Below, piece after piece: positions 29,134 to 40,059 of a stretch of DNA of 64,000 bases. The stretch lies in contig JAVZLK010000002.1 in NCBI GenBank assembly GCA_038883795.1, forward strand, positions 32,001 through 96,000. The letters are read 5' to 3'. The position numbers and the translations under genes were made by a program. Under the pieces are notes generated by a model that saw only the letters and a program-made list of their open reading frames with translations, was not told the DNA's origin and ran no database searches. Source of the stretch: Candidatus Bathyarchaeia archaeon (GTDB lineage Archaea > Thermoproteota > Bathyarchaeia > Bathyarchaeales > Bathycorpusculaceae). Position 1 is the first letter of the stretch, and every line of letters begins with the position of its first letter.

Positions 29134-29919
29134 TTGCGTGTTAAAGAAATCATGAATGAAAAGCACCCATCCATTTATGAAGATGAACTTGCCACAAAAG
29201 CTAGAGCAATAATACGTGATTTTGCCCTAAGAATTCTTCCAGTAATAGACAAAACTAAAAAGCTTATGGGCATAATTTCCCGCAGCGACGTCATGACAAT
29301 TTCCTCCGCTGTCTCCCCAATAAGAGTCAAAGGAATAATGAGAAACCCAAAACACACAGCGGCAATGGAAGATGATGCGGTCTCTGCAGTTAAAGAAATG
29401 ATTCGACTGGATGAATGGAACATACCTGTCATAAACTTCGTTCAAGACAGAAGTTATATGGGCGTTTTCGGCTTAGAAAACTTCATTGAAGCCATAATTA
29501 AAACAAGTCCTGAAAAACTTGCAAAACCCGTTGAAGAAGTAATGTCAAAAAATGTTTTAGCTTGTTCTCCAGAAGATGAAGTAGATAACATTTGGCGCTT
29601 AATGCAGACCAAATCCCTAGGAGGTCTGCCGGTCACAAAAAATGATAGGTTAGTTGGAATTGTCACGCAGAAAGACCTTATTCAAAGTGGGGCGTTATTG
29701 CCCACATTTGAGTCTAAGAAAGGACGCTTTCGTGGGTCATCGAAAATTTCTTCGGTTATGAATACGCAAGTTATAGCCGTAGAACCCCACATAAAAGTGA
29801 TTAGAGTTGCAAAAATCATGGTTTCAAAAGATATTGGAAGGGTTCCCGTAGTAGATAAGCAAGGTAAGTTGATTGGTATAGTTGACCGGGAGGATGTTGT
29901 TAGGTTAGTTGTCAAATGA
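29134..29919 (+). CDS. CBS domain protein (4 CBS)
   Basis: Repeated LPV...GI.T/D CBS motifs. Confidence 0.88.
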   Translation: MRVKEIMNEKHPSIYEDELATKARAIIRDFALRILPVIDKTKKLMGIISRSDVMTISSAVSPIRVKGIMRNPKHTAAMEDDAVSAVKEMIRLDEWNIPVINFVQDRSYMGVFGLENFIEAIIKTSPEKLAKPVEEVMSKNVLACSPEDEVDNIWRLMQTKSLGGLPVTKNDRLVGIVTQKDLIQSGALLPTFESKKGRFRGSSKISSVMNTQVIAVEPHIKVIRVAKIMVSKDIGRVPVVDKQGKLIGIVDREDVVRLVVK

Positions 29920-29931
29920 GAGGATGATATT

Positions 29932-30840
29932 TTGAGTAGAGAAACCTTTAGAAGAACATTAAAGGAGAAGGGGCCTCTCTCTTTGAGGGTTCATCCTTCT
30001 AAAAAACGTGAAAGCGAAATAATGCACATTGCAAAAAGCCCCGTTGTAACCATGGCGCCTACCACACCAATTTATGAGGCCATCCGAATAATGGCAAAGG
30101 AAGGGTTCCGCAGAATACCAATAGCCAATCCTGGAACAAAAGCCCTAGAAGGAATCATAACAGCCATGGACATAATAGACTATCTTGGCGGCGGGAAAAA
30201 ATTTGAAATAATCCAGCAAAAACATGGCGGAAACTTTTTCAAAGCCATAAACGAACCCGTAAGACTCATAATGACAAAAAATGTTGTTTCCGTTAAAACT
30301 TCTTCAAAAATAGGCGATGCAGTAAAATTGATGAGAGAGAAAAATCTTGGCGGTTTACCGGTGGTTGACGAAGAAAATCGTGTTAGAGCAATAATCACTG
30401 AAAGAGACATAGCAAACATGTTTGCCGATAGAATGAGCGGCGTAAAAGTTGCTGAGTTGATGTCGGAAAAAGTTGTTACCGCTTTGCCAAGAACAACAAT
30501 TTTTGAGGCTGAAAAAACAATGGCAACTCAAGGATTCAGGAGACTGCCTATAGTTTCTGACGGCAAGATAATGGGCATAATAACAGCCATGGACATCATA
30601 AGATTTTTCGGTTCAGGAAAAGTTTTCGCATACTTACAATCGGGAAACATAATCCAAGTTTTGAACACGCTTGCCATAGAAATAGCAACAAAAGAAGTTG
30701 CAACCATAGAACCTAATGCGGACATTGGCAAGGCAGCAAAAATTATGCGAGAGAAAAATGTTGGCGCTATTCCAGTTGTTGAAAATCAAAAGCTTGTCGG
30801 AATCTTGACGGAGAGAGATTTCTTCAAAATAATAGAATAA
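29932..30840 (+). CDS. CBS domain protein (4 CBS)
   Basis: GFRRIP/GFRRLP, GIITAMDI twice, TERD. Confidence 0.88.
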   Translation: MSRETFRRTLKEKGPLSLRVHPSKKRESEIMHIAKSPVVTMAPTTPIYEAIRIMAKEGFRRIPIANPGTKALEGIITAMDIIDYLGGGKKFEIIQQKHGGNFFKAINEPVRLIMTKNVVSVKTSSKIGDAVKLMREKNLGGLPVVDEENRVRAIITERDIANMFADRMSGVKVAELMSEKVVTALPRTTIFEAEKTMATQGFRRLPIVSDGKIMGIITAMDIIRFFGSGKVFAYLQSGNIIQVLNTLAIEIATKEVATIEPNADIGKAAKIMREKNVGAIPVVENQKLVGILTERDFFKIIE

Positions 30841-30872
30841 ACTTTATACTTGAAATAAAGAGAGCGTTTAAC

Positions 30873-32219
30873 TTGACCGTTAATTTAATTCTAAAAAATG
30901 CGAAAGCCTACCTAAACAAAAAATTGGTGGAGTGCAGCATCGCCATAGAAAACGGCAAAATCTGCAAGATAGGCAAAGAAGCGAACATGCCAAAAGCTGA
31001 TAAAAAAATGGATTTAAAAAATCTCATAGTCTTACCTGGTTTAATAGACATTCACACGCATTTAAGGGATGAAGGAAAAGCATACAAAGAAGACTTTTAC
31101 ACCGGGACAGCGGCTGCTGCAGCTGGAGGAATAACAACAGTTTTGGACATGCCAAACAATGATCCAGTAACCATGAGCGTTGAAACTTTAAAAGGGCGCA
31201 TGGAGATTGCCGAAAGAAAGATTTTTGTTAATGTTGGCTTTTACTCAGAATTTCCAAAAAACACGAGCGAAATTAATGCAATTGTTAAGGCAGGGACTAT
31301 TGCCTTTAAGCTTTTCATGATGGAACAAGTAGGTGGATTAAATATAGACGATGATAAAGCCTTGTTAGAAGCATTTGAGACGATTGGCAAATTGAAAACT
31401 TTGGTAGCGATTCACGCAGAAGACAAAGAAACAATAAAAAGGGCTGAAGAAAACTATAAACGGCTTAACCGCAATGACATTGAAGCATTTTTGAAGGTAC
31501 ACTCGGAAAATGCAGAATGGAAAGCCATAAAACGTTCGTTAAACATAGCCAAACAAACCCGTGCTCACATACATTTTTGTCATGTAAGCACAGGAAAGGG
31601 ACTGGAAACAATAATGGAAGGAAAAAGTTTGGGATTACCAATAAGCTGTGAAGCCACGCCCCATCACATGTTTTTATCGGTCAAGGATTTGAGGAAAATT
31701 GGTAATTTAGCTTTGACTTTGCCGCCGGTTCGAGATAGAAAAAGTGTTTTGGTTCTTTGGGATGGCGTTAAAAGTGGTTGGATTGACATTTTGGCTTCTG
31801 ACCACGCTCCGCATACTATCGCTGAGAAAAAGGCTGAAAATGTTTGGAATGTTAAGGTTGGCTTTCCAGGTTTAGAAACCACGTTGCCGCTTTTACTCAC
31901 GGAAGTTAACAGCGGAAGATTGTCAATAGGAGATGTTGTTAGGTTGATGGCGGAAAAACCCGCTGAGATCTTCAAACTTAAGGGTAGGGGGGCCATAGAA
32001 AAGGGAAATTCTGCAGACTTAACCGTTATTGATTTAAAAAGAGAGGACAAAATAGACGCATCAAAATTCCACTCAAAAGCAAAATACTCTCCCTTCGACG
32101 GATGGAAGTTTAAGGGAAAACCAGTTAAAACTTTTGTTAAAGGTAGATTGGTTATGGATGAAGGAGAAATAGTCGCTGAGGCTGGATGCGGAGAAATAAT
32201 TCGGAGAGAAAAAATTTGA
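30873..32219 (+). CDS. pyrC: Dihydroorotase family amidohydrolase
   Basis: PGLIDIHTHLR, AAAGGITT..DMPN, ASDHAPH, SPFDG. Confidence 0.85.
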   Translation: MTVNLILKNAKAYLNKKLVECSIAIENGKICKIGKEANMPKADKKMDLKNLIVLPGLIDIHTHLRDEGKAYKEDFYTGTAAAAAGGITTVLDMPNNDPVTMSVETLKGRMEIAERKIFVNVGFYSEFPKNTSEINAIVKAGTIAFKLFMMEQVGGLNIDDDKALLEAFETIGKLKTLVAIHAEDKETIKRAEENYKRLNRNDIEAFLKVHSENAEWKAIKRSLNIAKQTRAHIHFCHVSTGKGLETIMEGKSLGLPISCEATPHHMFLSVKDLRKIGNLALTLPPVRDRKSVLVLWDGVKSGWIDILASDHAPHTIAEKKAENVWNVKVGFPGLETTLPLLLTEVNSGRLSIGDVVRLMAEKPAEIFKLKGRGAIEKGNSADLTVIDLKREDKIDASKFHSKAKYSPFDGWKFKGKPVKTFVKGRLVMDEGEIVAEAGCGEIIRREKI

Positions 32220-32695
32220 AGTTCATCGCTGATGGTATGCTTGGAAAACTTACCCGTTGGCTTCGCATGTTAGGGCATAATGTGAAATATTCAAGTAAAC
32301 TTGACGATAATCAACTAATCGCCATAGCAAAAAAGGAACGGAGAATCCTTCTCACACGGGATTTAGAGCTTTATCAACAAGCCACAGCAAAAGGAGTAAA
32401 CGCCCTCTACATCGAAGGAACAAACGAAGCTGAAAGACTTGCTCAACTTGCAAAAAGATTCAAAATCCAATTAGACATAGACATGGCAACATCAAGATGC
32501 CCAAGATGCAACACAAAAGTGAAACCAATACCGAAAGAAAAAGCAGAAGACAAGGTGGAAAAAAGCACATTCACACACTACAACGAGTTTTGGGAATGTC
32601 CCAAATGCGGAAAAATTTACTGGCAAGGAGCCCACTGGACAAAGATAAGGAAAACCCTTGAAACAGCAAAAGAAATAAAACAAAAAGGGCTTTGA
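32216..32695 (+). CDS. Mut7-C RNase domain protein
   Basis: D.MLGKL.RWLRMLG, LLTRD, RCP.CN...CP.CGKIYW.G.HW. Confidence 0.9.
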   Translation: MKFIADGMLGKLTRWLRMLGHNVKYSSKLDDNQLIAIAKKERRILLTRDLELYQQATAKGVNALYIEGTNEAERLAQLAKRFKIQLDIDMATSRCPRCNTKVKPIPKEKAEDKVEKSTFTHYNEFWECPKCGKIYWQGAHWTKIRKTLETAKEIKQKGL

Positions 32696-32701
32696 AAACT
32701 T

Positions 32702-32962
32702 TTATTCTTCTTCTAAAAGCCACTTAAGAGGAATATCCTGATATGTGCCGTCTGGCAACGTTCGCCTAATAGTCATCGGCAAAATTCCAGCCTCAAGCTC
32801 TTTTAGGGCTATGTCTATAGGACTGGAAAAACCCTCAGAAATTTCGACAAGTATTGGAGCTCCCATGGATATCTGTAAAGCCCTAGCCCCCACTATCCTA
32901 GCCTTTTCGAAACGAGTAAGCTTCGGAGGACCTATCAAAATTTTCTTCTCTTTTTTAGACGT
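32702..32962 (-). CDS. rpoK: RNA polymerase subunit Rpo6/K (possible ACG start at 32962; first canonical start 32938)
   Basis: [22 protein letters not shown]...IRR.LP. Confidence 0.95.
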   Translation of the reverse strand, partial: TSKKEKKILIGPPKLTRFEKARIVGARALQISMGAPILVEISEGFSSPIDIALKELEAGILPMTIRRTLPDGTYQDIPLKWLLEEE

Positions 32963-32965
32963 ATC

Positions 32966-34606
32966 CTAATACTCCCCAGCGCCTGCTCCAGGCGGGCCAC
33001 CCGGAGGTGTTGGAGGAGCTTTCATTTTTCCAGCAGCAATGACGTCATCAATCTTAAGTATCATTGAGGCGGCTTCTCCAGCAGATTTGACGATTTGTTT
33101 CTTAACAGCTAAAGGCTCGAAGACTCCAGCTTCGCTCATGTCTTGGACTTTTCCAGAGTTAACTTCTATTCCAGCCCATGTTTCGCCCTTTTCGTGGCGT
33201 GCTCGCAGTTCTGATAGTATGTCTATTGGGTCTAAACCAGCATTTTCTGTTAGTGTTACTGGAACTACTTCGATGGCTTCTGCGAAACTTTTAACTGCAA
33301 GCTGTTCCCTGCCCGGAAGGGTTTCAGCATATTTTTTGAGCGCTCGTGAAATTTCAAGCTCTGGTGCTCCGCCTCCAGCCAATATTTTTGGTTCTTCAAC
33401 CACGTCCCGAACCACACATAACGCATCATGTATTGACCTTTCTGCTTCGTCTACTATGCGTTCTGTCCCACCCCTTATTAATATTGTAACAGCTCTCGGA
33501 TGCTTGCATCCTTCGACGAAGGTCATTTTGTCGTCGCCTATCTTACGTTCCTCGACGAGGCTTGCGTAGCCCAAATCGGATGGGCTCATGTCGTCTATGT
33601 TGGTTATTATTTTTCCGCCGGTGGCTTTTGAAAGTTTTTCCATGTCTGACTTTTTGATTCTGCGAACAGCGAGAATTCCCTTTCTGGCTAAGAAGTGCTG
33701 TGCCATGTCGTCTATGCCTTTTTGGCATAAGACTACGTTGGCGCCTACTGCCTCTATTTTTTCAACCATCTGCCGCAGCATTTCCTCTTCTTGTTTGAGG
33801 AAGGCATCCATTTGTTCTGGGCTTTCAATGTTTATTTTAGCATCAAACTCCGTCTTCTCAATTTCCAAAGCGGTATCCAACAAGGCTATTTTGGCTTTTT
33901 CCACCCGTTTTGGCATTCCGGAGTGGACAACTTCTTTGTCTAAAACTATGCCTTGAATAAGCTTAGTGTCTCTTAGGGATTCACCTGGTTTCTTTTCAAC
34001 TTTAATGTCGTCAATATCCACCTTGTATTTTCCATCTTCTTTTTCTGCAACCTCAAGAACCGCCTTAACTGCAAGCTCAGCCAAGTATTCTCTATGTTCA
34101 GCTACTAACTTGCTTGCCATGGAGGTCATAGCAACCTTCTTTAAGTATTCTTCGCGGTTTGATTCTGTTGGCATTGCTATTTTTTCTAGAACTTCTAGTG
34201 CTTTTTCGCTGGCTTTCTTATACCCGTCTATAATTATGGTTGGGTGGACATTTTTTCCAATAAGCTCTTCGGCTTTGTTGAGTAATTCGCCGGCTAATAT
34301 TACGGCTGTTGTTGTGCCGTCGCCGGCTTCGTTATCTTGGGTTTTTGCAACTTCCACCATCATTTTAGCTGCTGGATGCTGAATATCCATCTCATCCAAA
34401 ATTGTTCGTCCATCACTTGTAATTGTGGTATCGCCGAAGCTGTCCACAAGCATCTTATCCATACCTTTTGGACCTAAAGAACTTTTCACGGTTTCGGCTA
34501 CAATTCTTGCAGCCATTATGTTAGCGTGTTGGGCTTCTCTTCCTCGGCTTCGGCTTGAGCCTTCTTTTAATATTAAAACTGGAACGCCTCCAGCTTGTGT
34601 TGACAA
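32966..34606 (-). CDS. Thermosome subunit (group II chaperonin)
   Basis: [30 protein letters not shown]; SD GGAGG before TTG 34606. Confidence 0.96.
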   Translation of the reverse strand: MSTQAGGVPVLILKEGSSRSRGREAQHANIMAARIVAETVKSSLGPKGMDKMLVDSFGDTTITSDGRTILDEMDIQHPAAKMMVEVAKTQDNEAGDGTTTAVILAGELLNKAEELIGKNVHPTIIIDGYKKASEKALEVLEKIAMPTESNREEYLKKVAMTSMASKLVAEHREYLAELAVKAVLEVAEKEDGKYKVDIDDIKVEKKPGESLRDTKLIQGIVLDKEVVHSGMPKRVEKAKIALLDTALEIEKTEFDAKINIESPEQMDAFLKQEEEMLRQMVEKIEAVGANVVLCQKGIDDMAQHFLARKGILAVRRIKKSDMEKLSKATGGKIITNIDDMSPSDLGYASLVEERKIGDDKMTFVEGCKHPRAVTILIRGGTERIVDEAERSIHDALCVVRDVVEEPKILAGGGAPELEISRALKKYAETLPGREQLAVKSFAEAIEVVPVTLTENAGLDPIDILSELRARHEKGETWAGIEVNSGKVQDMSEAGVFEPLAVKKQIVKSAGEAASMILKIDDVIAAGKMKAPPTPPGGPPGAGAGEY

Positions 34607-34921
34607 GCAAACAACCTCCCTAATGCGTCTCAATGAGAAACAGCATTACAATATAAATTTTTCCTTAACTACGCTTAATTAAGCATATTTCTGAAACAAA
34701 ATCGCATCACCGAACTCCTTGGAGTCTATAGGCTATATAAGCCAACAAGTTTGGTTGCTGTAATTTTTGTGCTAGATTTCGGCTTTTAATGTTTAGGATA
34801 CAGTTTAAAGTTTAGTTGGAATTATGATGAATTTTTAGGATTTATCTTATGAAATTTTTCTGCATAAGTTTTTAGAGTATGCTTTCGTAATAAACACTAA
34901 AAAATCGTGGAGGAAAATTAA

Positions 34922-36736
34922 ATGTCGAAAACTAGGCTTTCATTCATCGTCGCAATAACCATCATTTTCGTTTTAATCATGCTTGGACTTTGCAGTGTTC
35001 CTCTTTCAAACGCAATCGAATCTACCGTGAATGCCAATCCGAGGATTATTTATTGGCCTGCGCCTCAAGTATGGCAAACAGAAGATGGGCGTATCATGTG
35101 GAGTTCTGGAGGCATGGACGCAACAAGCATCGCATGGTCACCCTCTGGAGAACTGCTATTAATAGCTGGTTCTGACCGTTTTGTAGTGATTAACGCAAGC
35201 ACTTGGTCGCCGATTAGTGAGTCTTGGAATCCGCGGGGTTATAGCGGTCAAGGCGTGTTTGATAGTTTTGTTATTTCACCAGTCGACTCGAAAATATTCT
35301 ATGTCAACACCAGCTATGTATTTGCTCCTTCTTCCGCAATATATTCGATAAGCTTGGGTGGTTCTGATCCAACTTTCATAACCTACGTTAATAGTTGCTC
35401 CTCATGCGTACCCACATTCTTTGACTTGTCAAGCGATGGCACAACATTGCTTTACACGGAATTCGCAGAGAACCGTACTTCATATCCCTACACTTATGTT
35501 AGCCGAATCTGGAAGGTCAACCTAGTAACAAGTGAGAGATCACTGGTTCTGGAACTTGAGGGGTCAGATAACCAAATGTTTAGCGTTAGGTTTTCTCCAT
35601 TAAACGACAAGATAGCCTTCGCAACATACACTGGCGTTTGGATCATTAACTCCGATGGAACTGACCTAACCAAGATTGCTGATATCTCAGAAAACAACAT
35701 TGCAATGCATTTAAATTGGGCACCAAATGGAACAATGCTAACATACACTGAAGTTAATTACGGAGAAAGAACTGATTATAATCCGTATAATATTTGGTGG
35801 GATAGTAGTAACATCACAGCTGTAAATGTTGATGGAAGCAACAAAAGCACAATTTTCTATGGAGCCAAATGTTGGACATGGTCGCCCCTCAACGACTCTA
35901 TAGCCGCCTTCATTAAACCGATAGCCTGGGGTGTCCCATACCTTATAGATTTAAGCCTTCCAATATCCTCCAACCCGGACAGCGACGGAGACGGCCTATC
36001 TGACCGCGAAGAAATTTTCTGTGGATACTTTAACCCGCTAGATCCTACAGACATCCATAAAGACTATGACAATGATGGCTTATCCAACTTGGAAGAGTAC
36101 GAGTTTAACATAAATCGGACTGGTGTTGGAGCCTATCCGTTAAATCTGTTAAATCCAGATACTGATGGGGATGAACTCAGCGATGGCGTTGAAATTAAAG
36201 TTTTCCGGACAGATCCCACAAGACGGGATACGGATGGCGACGGCTACGGTGATGGTCTTGAGGCTGCAGCAACTGGATTAAACGCTTTTATTTCCGTTCT
36301 GCCTGAAGGTTGGATTCGCATGCAGCTTCAATGGTCAAACAAGACAATGTATGTTTCAACAAACTCTTCTGTGCTCGGCGTAGTCTTTAACTCCACAAGC
36401 ATGGCTCTAAGCATCAATGTCGGCGGTCCGGACGGAACGACAGGCATAGCCAACATAACAATACCCATAGAGATGATAAATTCTCTTTCAAACGTCCAAG
36501 TCACATTGGATAATCAACCCATAGAGTTCCAAATAAACCAGGTGGGCAGCTACGCTCAGATTTATGTGGAATATCATCACAGCTTTCATGAGTTGACGGC
36601 GCATCTGCAAGGCGGTGGCGGTGGCATCGGCGGCGTGGATTTAACGGGCTTCATGAGTTACTGGTGGCTGATATTGTCGGTTGCCATCGTAGCGGTTGCA
36701 TCTGTGATAGCGGCAATAATCGTGAAACGCGGATGA
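34922..36736 (+). CDS. Secreted, membrane-anchored protein with TolB-like beta-propeller and DxDGDG Ca-binding repeats
   Basis: Signal peptide, WSP repeats, DSDGDGLSD/DYDNDGLSN/DTDGDELSD/DTDGDGYGD, C-terminal TM helix. Confidence 0.8.
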   Translation: MSKTRLSFIVAITIIFVLIMLGLCSVPLSNAIESTVNANPRIIYWPAPQVWQTEDGRIMWSSGGMDATSIAWSPSGELLLIAGSDRFVVINASTWSPISESWNPRGYSGQGVFDSFVISPVDSKIFYVNTSYVFAPSSAIYSISLGGSDPTFITYVNSCSSCVPTFFDLSSDGTTLLYTEFAENRTSYPYTYVSRIWKVNLVTSERSLVLELEGSDNQMFSVRFSPLNDKIAFATYTGVWIINSDGTDLTKIADISENNIAMHLNWAPNGTMLTYTEVNYGERTDYNPYNIWWDSSNITAVNVDGSNKSTIFYGAKCWTWSPLNDSIAAFIKPIAWGVPYLIDLSLPISSNPDSDGDGLSDREEIFCGYFNPLDPTDIHKDYDNDGLSNLEEYEFNINRTGVGAYPLNLLNPDTDGDELSDGVEIKVFRTDPTRRDTDGDGYGDGLEAAATGLNAFISVLPEGWIRMQLQWSNKTMYVSTNSSVLGVVFNSTSMALSINVGGPDGTTGIANITIPIEMINSLSNVQVTLDNQPIEFQINQVGSYAQIYVEYHHSFHELTAHLQGGGGGIGGVDLTGFMSYWWLILSVAIVAVASVIAAIIVKRG

Positions 36737-36752
36737 TGGGAGGGTCAACGTT

Positions 36753-37424
36753 ATGAGTAAGGCAGTTGCTCTGGGAACAATAATCATCCTCTTTCTGCTC
36801 TGTTTAGGTTCAGTTTACGCTACGGCGCAGTTAGGCGTTAAAGCAGGCGACTGGATAAAATGCGACTACGTTTCAGGCAGCAATTTACCAAGCGAGTTTA
36901 TCCAATGGGTTAAAGTGGAATGTCTATCAGCCACCGGAACAACTGCAACGTTACGCGTGACAACACACTTCAGCAACGGCGCAGAACAAACTGAAATCAT
37001 GACGTGGGATGTTGCCAGCGGCACTGGAAACGCGACTTTCCAAGCGCTTATACCAGCAAACTCAAAGAACGGAGATGTCATTCCAGCGGTGGAAGGAGGC
37101 AGCGTAACCATTGCTGGTGAAAGAACAGGAACCTATGCTGGGGCAAGCAGAACAGTTGTCTACGCAAGCTTAACACAAGGAGATATGCAGTTCAGCTACT
37201 GTTGGGACAAGGAGACAGGAATCATCGTGGAAGTAACCTTAACCCAAGGCTCAACAAGAGCCACTTTTAAAGCAACAAGCACAAACATTTGGCAAGCATC
37301 CTCGTCAAACCCGCTACCAATACCAAGCCTACCGATTGAAATGTTTTCCATCAGCATCTCAGTGATAGTGGCAATAGCCATAGTGGCCACAGCAGTAATC
37401 TTTACAAAGCACAAAAGAAGCTAA
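36753..37424 (+). CDS. Secreted, membrane-anchored hypothetical protein
   Basis: Signal peptide, GVKAGDWIK, WDKETGI, C-terminal TM plus basic tail. Confidence 0.75.
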   Translation: MSKAVALGTIIILFLLCLGSVYATAQLGVKAGDWIKCDYVSGSNLPSEFIQWVKVECLSATGTTATLRVTTHFSNGAEQTEIMTWDVASGTGNATFQALIPANSKNGDVIPAVEGGSVTIAGERTGTYAGASRTVVYASLTQGDMQFSYCWDKETGIIVEVTLTQGSTRATFKATSTNIWQASSSNPLPIPSLPIEMFSISISVIVAIAIVATAVIFTKHKRS

Positions 37425-37584
37425 AACTCGAAAATACTATTTCTCTTTTTCTATTCTCTATATAAAGGAAATTTTTAAAGGATTGTTTAAGAAGAAAACT
37501 TCCATTAGTCATCGCTATGGAAAAACTATTTGAGAGCCAACTATGTTATTTTCGATAAATAATCTTTCATAAAAGGCTAATATT

Positions 37585-38700
37585 TTAGCTTGGCTTTAAG
37601 GATGCTTTCAGTCCAGTTCCCGTGAGGATTATTAATGTTTTCTCTTTTCGCGCCTTCATATCTTCCAGTAGTTGCTTTTGGTAAGCCGCATAAGCCACAG
37701 CTGAACTTGGCTCCACAAAAAACCCTTTTCCAGCAAGCTCCATAAAAGCCTCATAAATCTCGTTTTCGTCAACCATAACTGCATCGCCTCTTGCTTCCCT
37801 CAACTTTTTAACCATAAGCTCCAAAAGCGGAGGATTTACGCTCACCAAAGCATCAGCTATAGAAGTTATTTTTTCAGGAGGAACGTAGCTTAAATTTTTA
37901 AATCTATGGTAGAGGGGTGAAACTTGCTGTGTTTGGCAAGCCACAATTTTTGGCATATCTTCTATCATATTTGAATCAACAAGATGCCTAAAACCATCAA
38001 TCACGCCTAATAATAGAGTGCCAGCCGAAACTGGCAAGTAAATGCGTTTTGGAACATGCCATCCAAACTGTTCTGCTATCTCATAGGCAAGGCTTCTTAT
38101 TCCATCCCTAAACAATGGATGCAAAATATGTCCAACATAAAATTTTCCATCCTCAGCCTTTTGTGCTTCTTCAGCAACCTTGCTGCGACTTCCCGAAACT
38201 TTGACGACCTCTGCACCATAGTATTGAATTTGGTTAAACTTGGGTCCAGAAACATTTTCTGGAACATAAATCTTCGCCTTTAAACCAGCGCGAGTAGCAT
38301 ATGCAGCCATAGAAGCCCCAGCATTGCCAGAAGAATCTTCGCTTATGTAGCCGCCAGCCTCTTTCACAAGTTTATGTATTGCGGAGAAAAGCACCGTTGA
38401 ACCTCTATCCTTAAACGAACCAGTTGGATTAAGACTTTCAAGTTTAAAATAGACATTTTCTGAAAACTTAACAAGGGGAGTCCAGCCCTCTCCCAACGAT
38501 ATGATATCCTCTTTTTTTACATATGGGAAAAATTTTGCATACCGCCAAAGCGTATACTCTTTACCTATAATTTTTCCAACCTTAAAATCGATAAAAGTTT
38601 GCAGTTCCAAGGGCTGACCGCATTTTTGGCATTTAAAATCTAGTAGGTTGGTTGAAGGTTGTCCGCAAAGGCTGCATTTAATTTCATAATCCATAAACAA
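37585..38700 (-). CDS. Threonine synthase-like PLP enzyme
   Basis: SLGEG.TP, NPTGSFKDRG, DSSGNAG, VEPSSA, LTGTGLK. Confidence 0.85.
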   Translation of the reverse strand: MFMDYEIKCSLCGQPSTNLLDFKCQKCGQPLELQTFIDFKVGKIIGKEYTLWRYAKFFPYVKKEDIISLGEGWTPLVKFSENVYFKLESLNPTGSFKDRGSTVLFSAIHKLVKEAGGYISEDSSGNAGASMAAYATRAGLKAKIYVPENVSGPKFNQIQYYGAEVVKVSGSRSKVAEEAQKAEDGKFYVGHILHPLFRDGIRSLAYEIAEQFGWHVPKRIYLPVSAGTLLLGVIDGFRHLVDSNMIEDMPKIVACQTQQVSPLYHRFKNLSYVPPEKITSIADALVSVNPPLLELMVKKLREARGDAVMVDENEIYEAFMELAGKGFFVEPSSAVAYAAYQKQLLEDMKARKEKTLIILTGTGLKASLKPS

Positions 38701-38710
38701 GACACCATTA

Positions 38711-39238
38711 TTATATTAGTTCTTGACCTTTCTGGAAGGCTTTCAAGTTGGGTTCTAAAGTTTTTGCGGGCACAGTTTCCTCGATGACTTTTTCCATAGT
38801 TTCGCCATTAACAAGCCTTGTTATTTTGGTTAAGGCTCCAAGCATCATCATGTTTGCGTATGTCGCTTCTCCAAACATTTTCTTGCAAGTTTCGGTTATG
38901 GGGATTGTGTAGACTTTCGCCTTCGCTTCATGGATTTTCTGCACATTTGTGCTATCAATTATCAGTATTCCATCATCTTTAAGGCAATGTAAATGTGCAT
39001 CTAAAGATTCTTGGTTCATAGCAACCAAGATGTCGCATTTTCTAACAGCTGGAAAACCTATTTTTTCATCTGAAATTATCACCTCGCTTCTCGCTAGGCT
39101 TCCTCTCGCCTCGGCTCCATAACTTTGTGTTTGTAAAACCTTCCTTCCTTCATAAGCAACAGCCTTACCCAATATTTGCCCAGCTAAGACAACGCCTTGA
39201 CCGCCACTTCCACCTATTATTATTTCAATCTTTGCCAA
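38711..39238 (-). CDS. 2-oxoacid:ferredoxin oxidoreductase gamma subunit
   Basis: GSGGQG, QSYGAEARG, NMMMLG. Confidence 0.9.
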   Translation of the reverse strand: MAKIEIIIGGSGGQGVVLAGQILGKAVAYEGRKVLQTQSYGAEARGSLARSEVIISDEKIGFPAVRKCDILVAMNQESLDAHLHCLKDDGILIIDSTNVQKIHEAKAKVYTIPITETCKKMFGEATYANMMMLGALTKITRLVNGETMEKVIEETVPAKTLEPNLKAFQKGQELI

Positions 39239-40055
39239 TTTTCTGCGCCTCCTTTAACAAAGCGTAAACATTCTCCACAAGCGTTGGACGCTTCCTTTCC
39301 ACAAACTCTCCAACAACAATTTTACCCTCTAAATCTTCTTCGCTTATCCTTTCTGCTTGCTCAAATGGAATGGAGTTTTCCCTAAACCATTTCAGCATCT
39401 CTCCAACATTTTTAAAGCCCATTCTTCTGCCATATGCTGTGGGGCATTGAGTTACAACCTCAATGAATCTGAAACCTTGTAGTTGTATTGCCTTTTTGAT
39501 TGATTCTTTTAATTCGTTTAGGTGGGCGGTTGTCCATCGGGCTACGTAGGCTGCACCAGCTGCCACTGCAAGTTTTGCAGCGTCTAAGGGATGCTCAAAG
39601 CTCCCATAGGGCGTTGTAGTTGTGTAGGCTTTATAAGGAGTTGTGGGTGCCACTTGCCCCCCAGTCATGCCATAAACCATGTTGTTCCCCATTATCACAA
39701 GAATATCCGTATTTCGCCGTGCTGCGTGGATAAAGTGGCTTAAGCCTATGCCAACTATGTCTCCATCGCCTCCAAAGACGACAACGTGAAAGTTTGGTTT
39801 CAGAAGTTTTATGCTTGTTGCTGGGGGTATGCTTCTCCCATGAAGCGTGTGAACAGAATCAGCCTTAAAATATGGCGATGGAATCCAAGAAGTGCAGCCT
39901 ATACCACTTGTAAAAATGAAATTGCTCAAATCCTTATAACCCAATTCGTGAACAGCCCTCAAAAAAGCGTCGCTTAAAGCATACAAGCCACATCCTGGAC
40001 AGAAAGGTAATCGCAAATCTCTCATGTAATTACGACTTGAAAAGGCTTCACCCAT
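39225..40055 (-). CDS. 2-oxoacid:ferredoxin oxidoreductase beta subunit
   Basis: CPGCG, SGIGC, GDGD...N..YGMTGGQ. Confidence 0.92.
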   Translation of the reverse strand: MGEAFSSRNYMRDLRLPFCPGCGLYALSDAFLRAVHELGYKDLSNFIFTSGIGCTSWIPSPYFKADSVHTLHGRSIPPATSIKLLKPNFHVVVFGGDGDIVGIGLSHFIHAARRNTDILVIMGNNMVYGMTGGQVAPTTPYKAYTTTTPYGSFEHPLDAAKLAVAAGAAYVARWTTAHLNELKESIKKAIQLQGFRFIEVVTQCPTAYGRRMGFKNVGEMLKWFRENSIPFEQAERISEEDLEGKIVVGEFVERKRPTLVENVYALLKEAQKIGKD

Positions 40056-40059
40056 CCAT

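Noticed and set aside
28537-30840. Three tandem CBS genes as a novel system
   Set aside because: CBS clusters are common in archaea; nothing further distinguishes this one.
33039-34382. Long antisense ORFs opposite the thermosome (and similar ones elsewhere)
   Set aside because: Shadow ORFs from codon bias in conserved genes.
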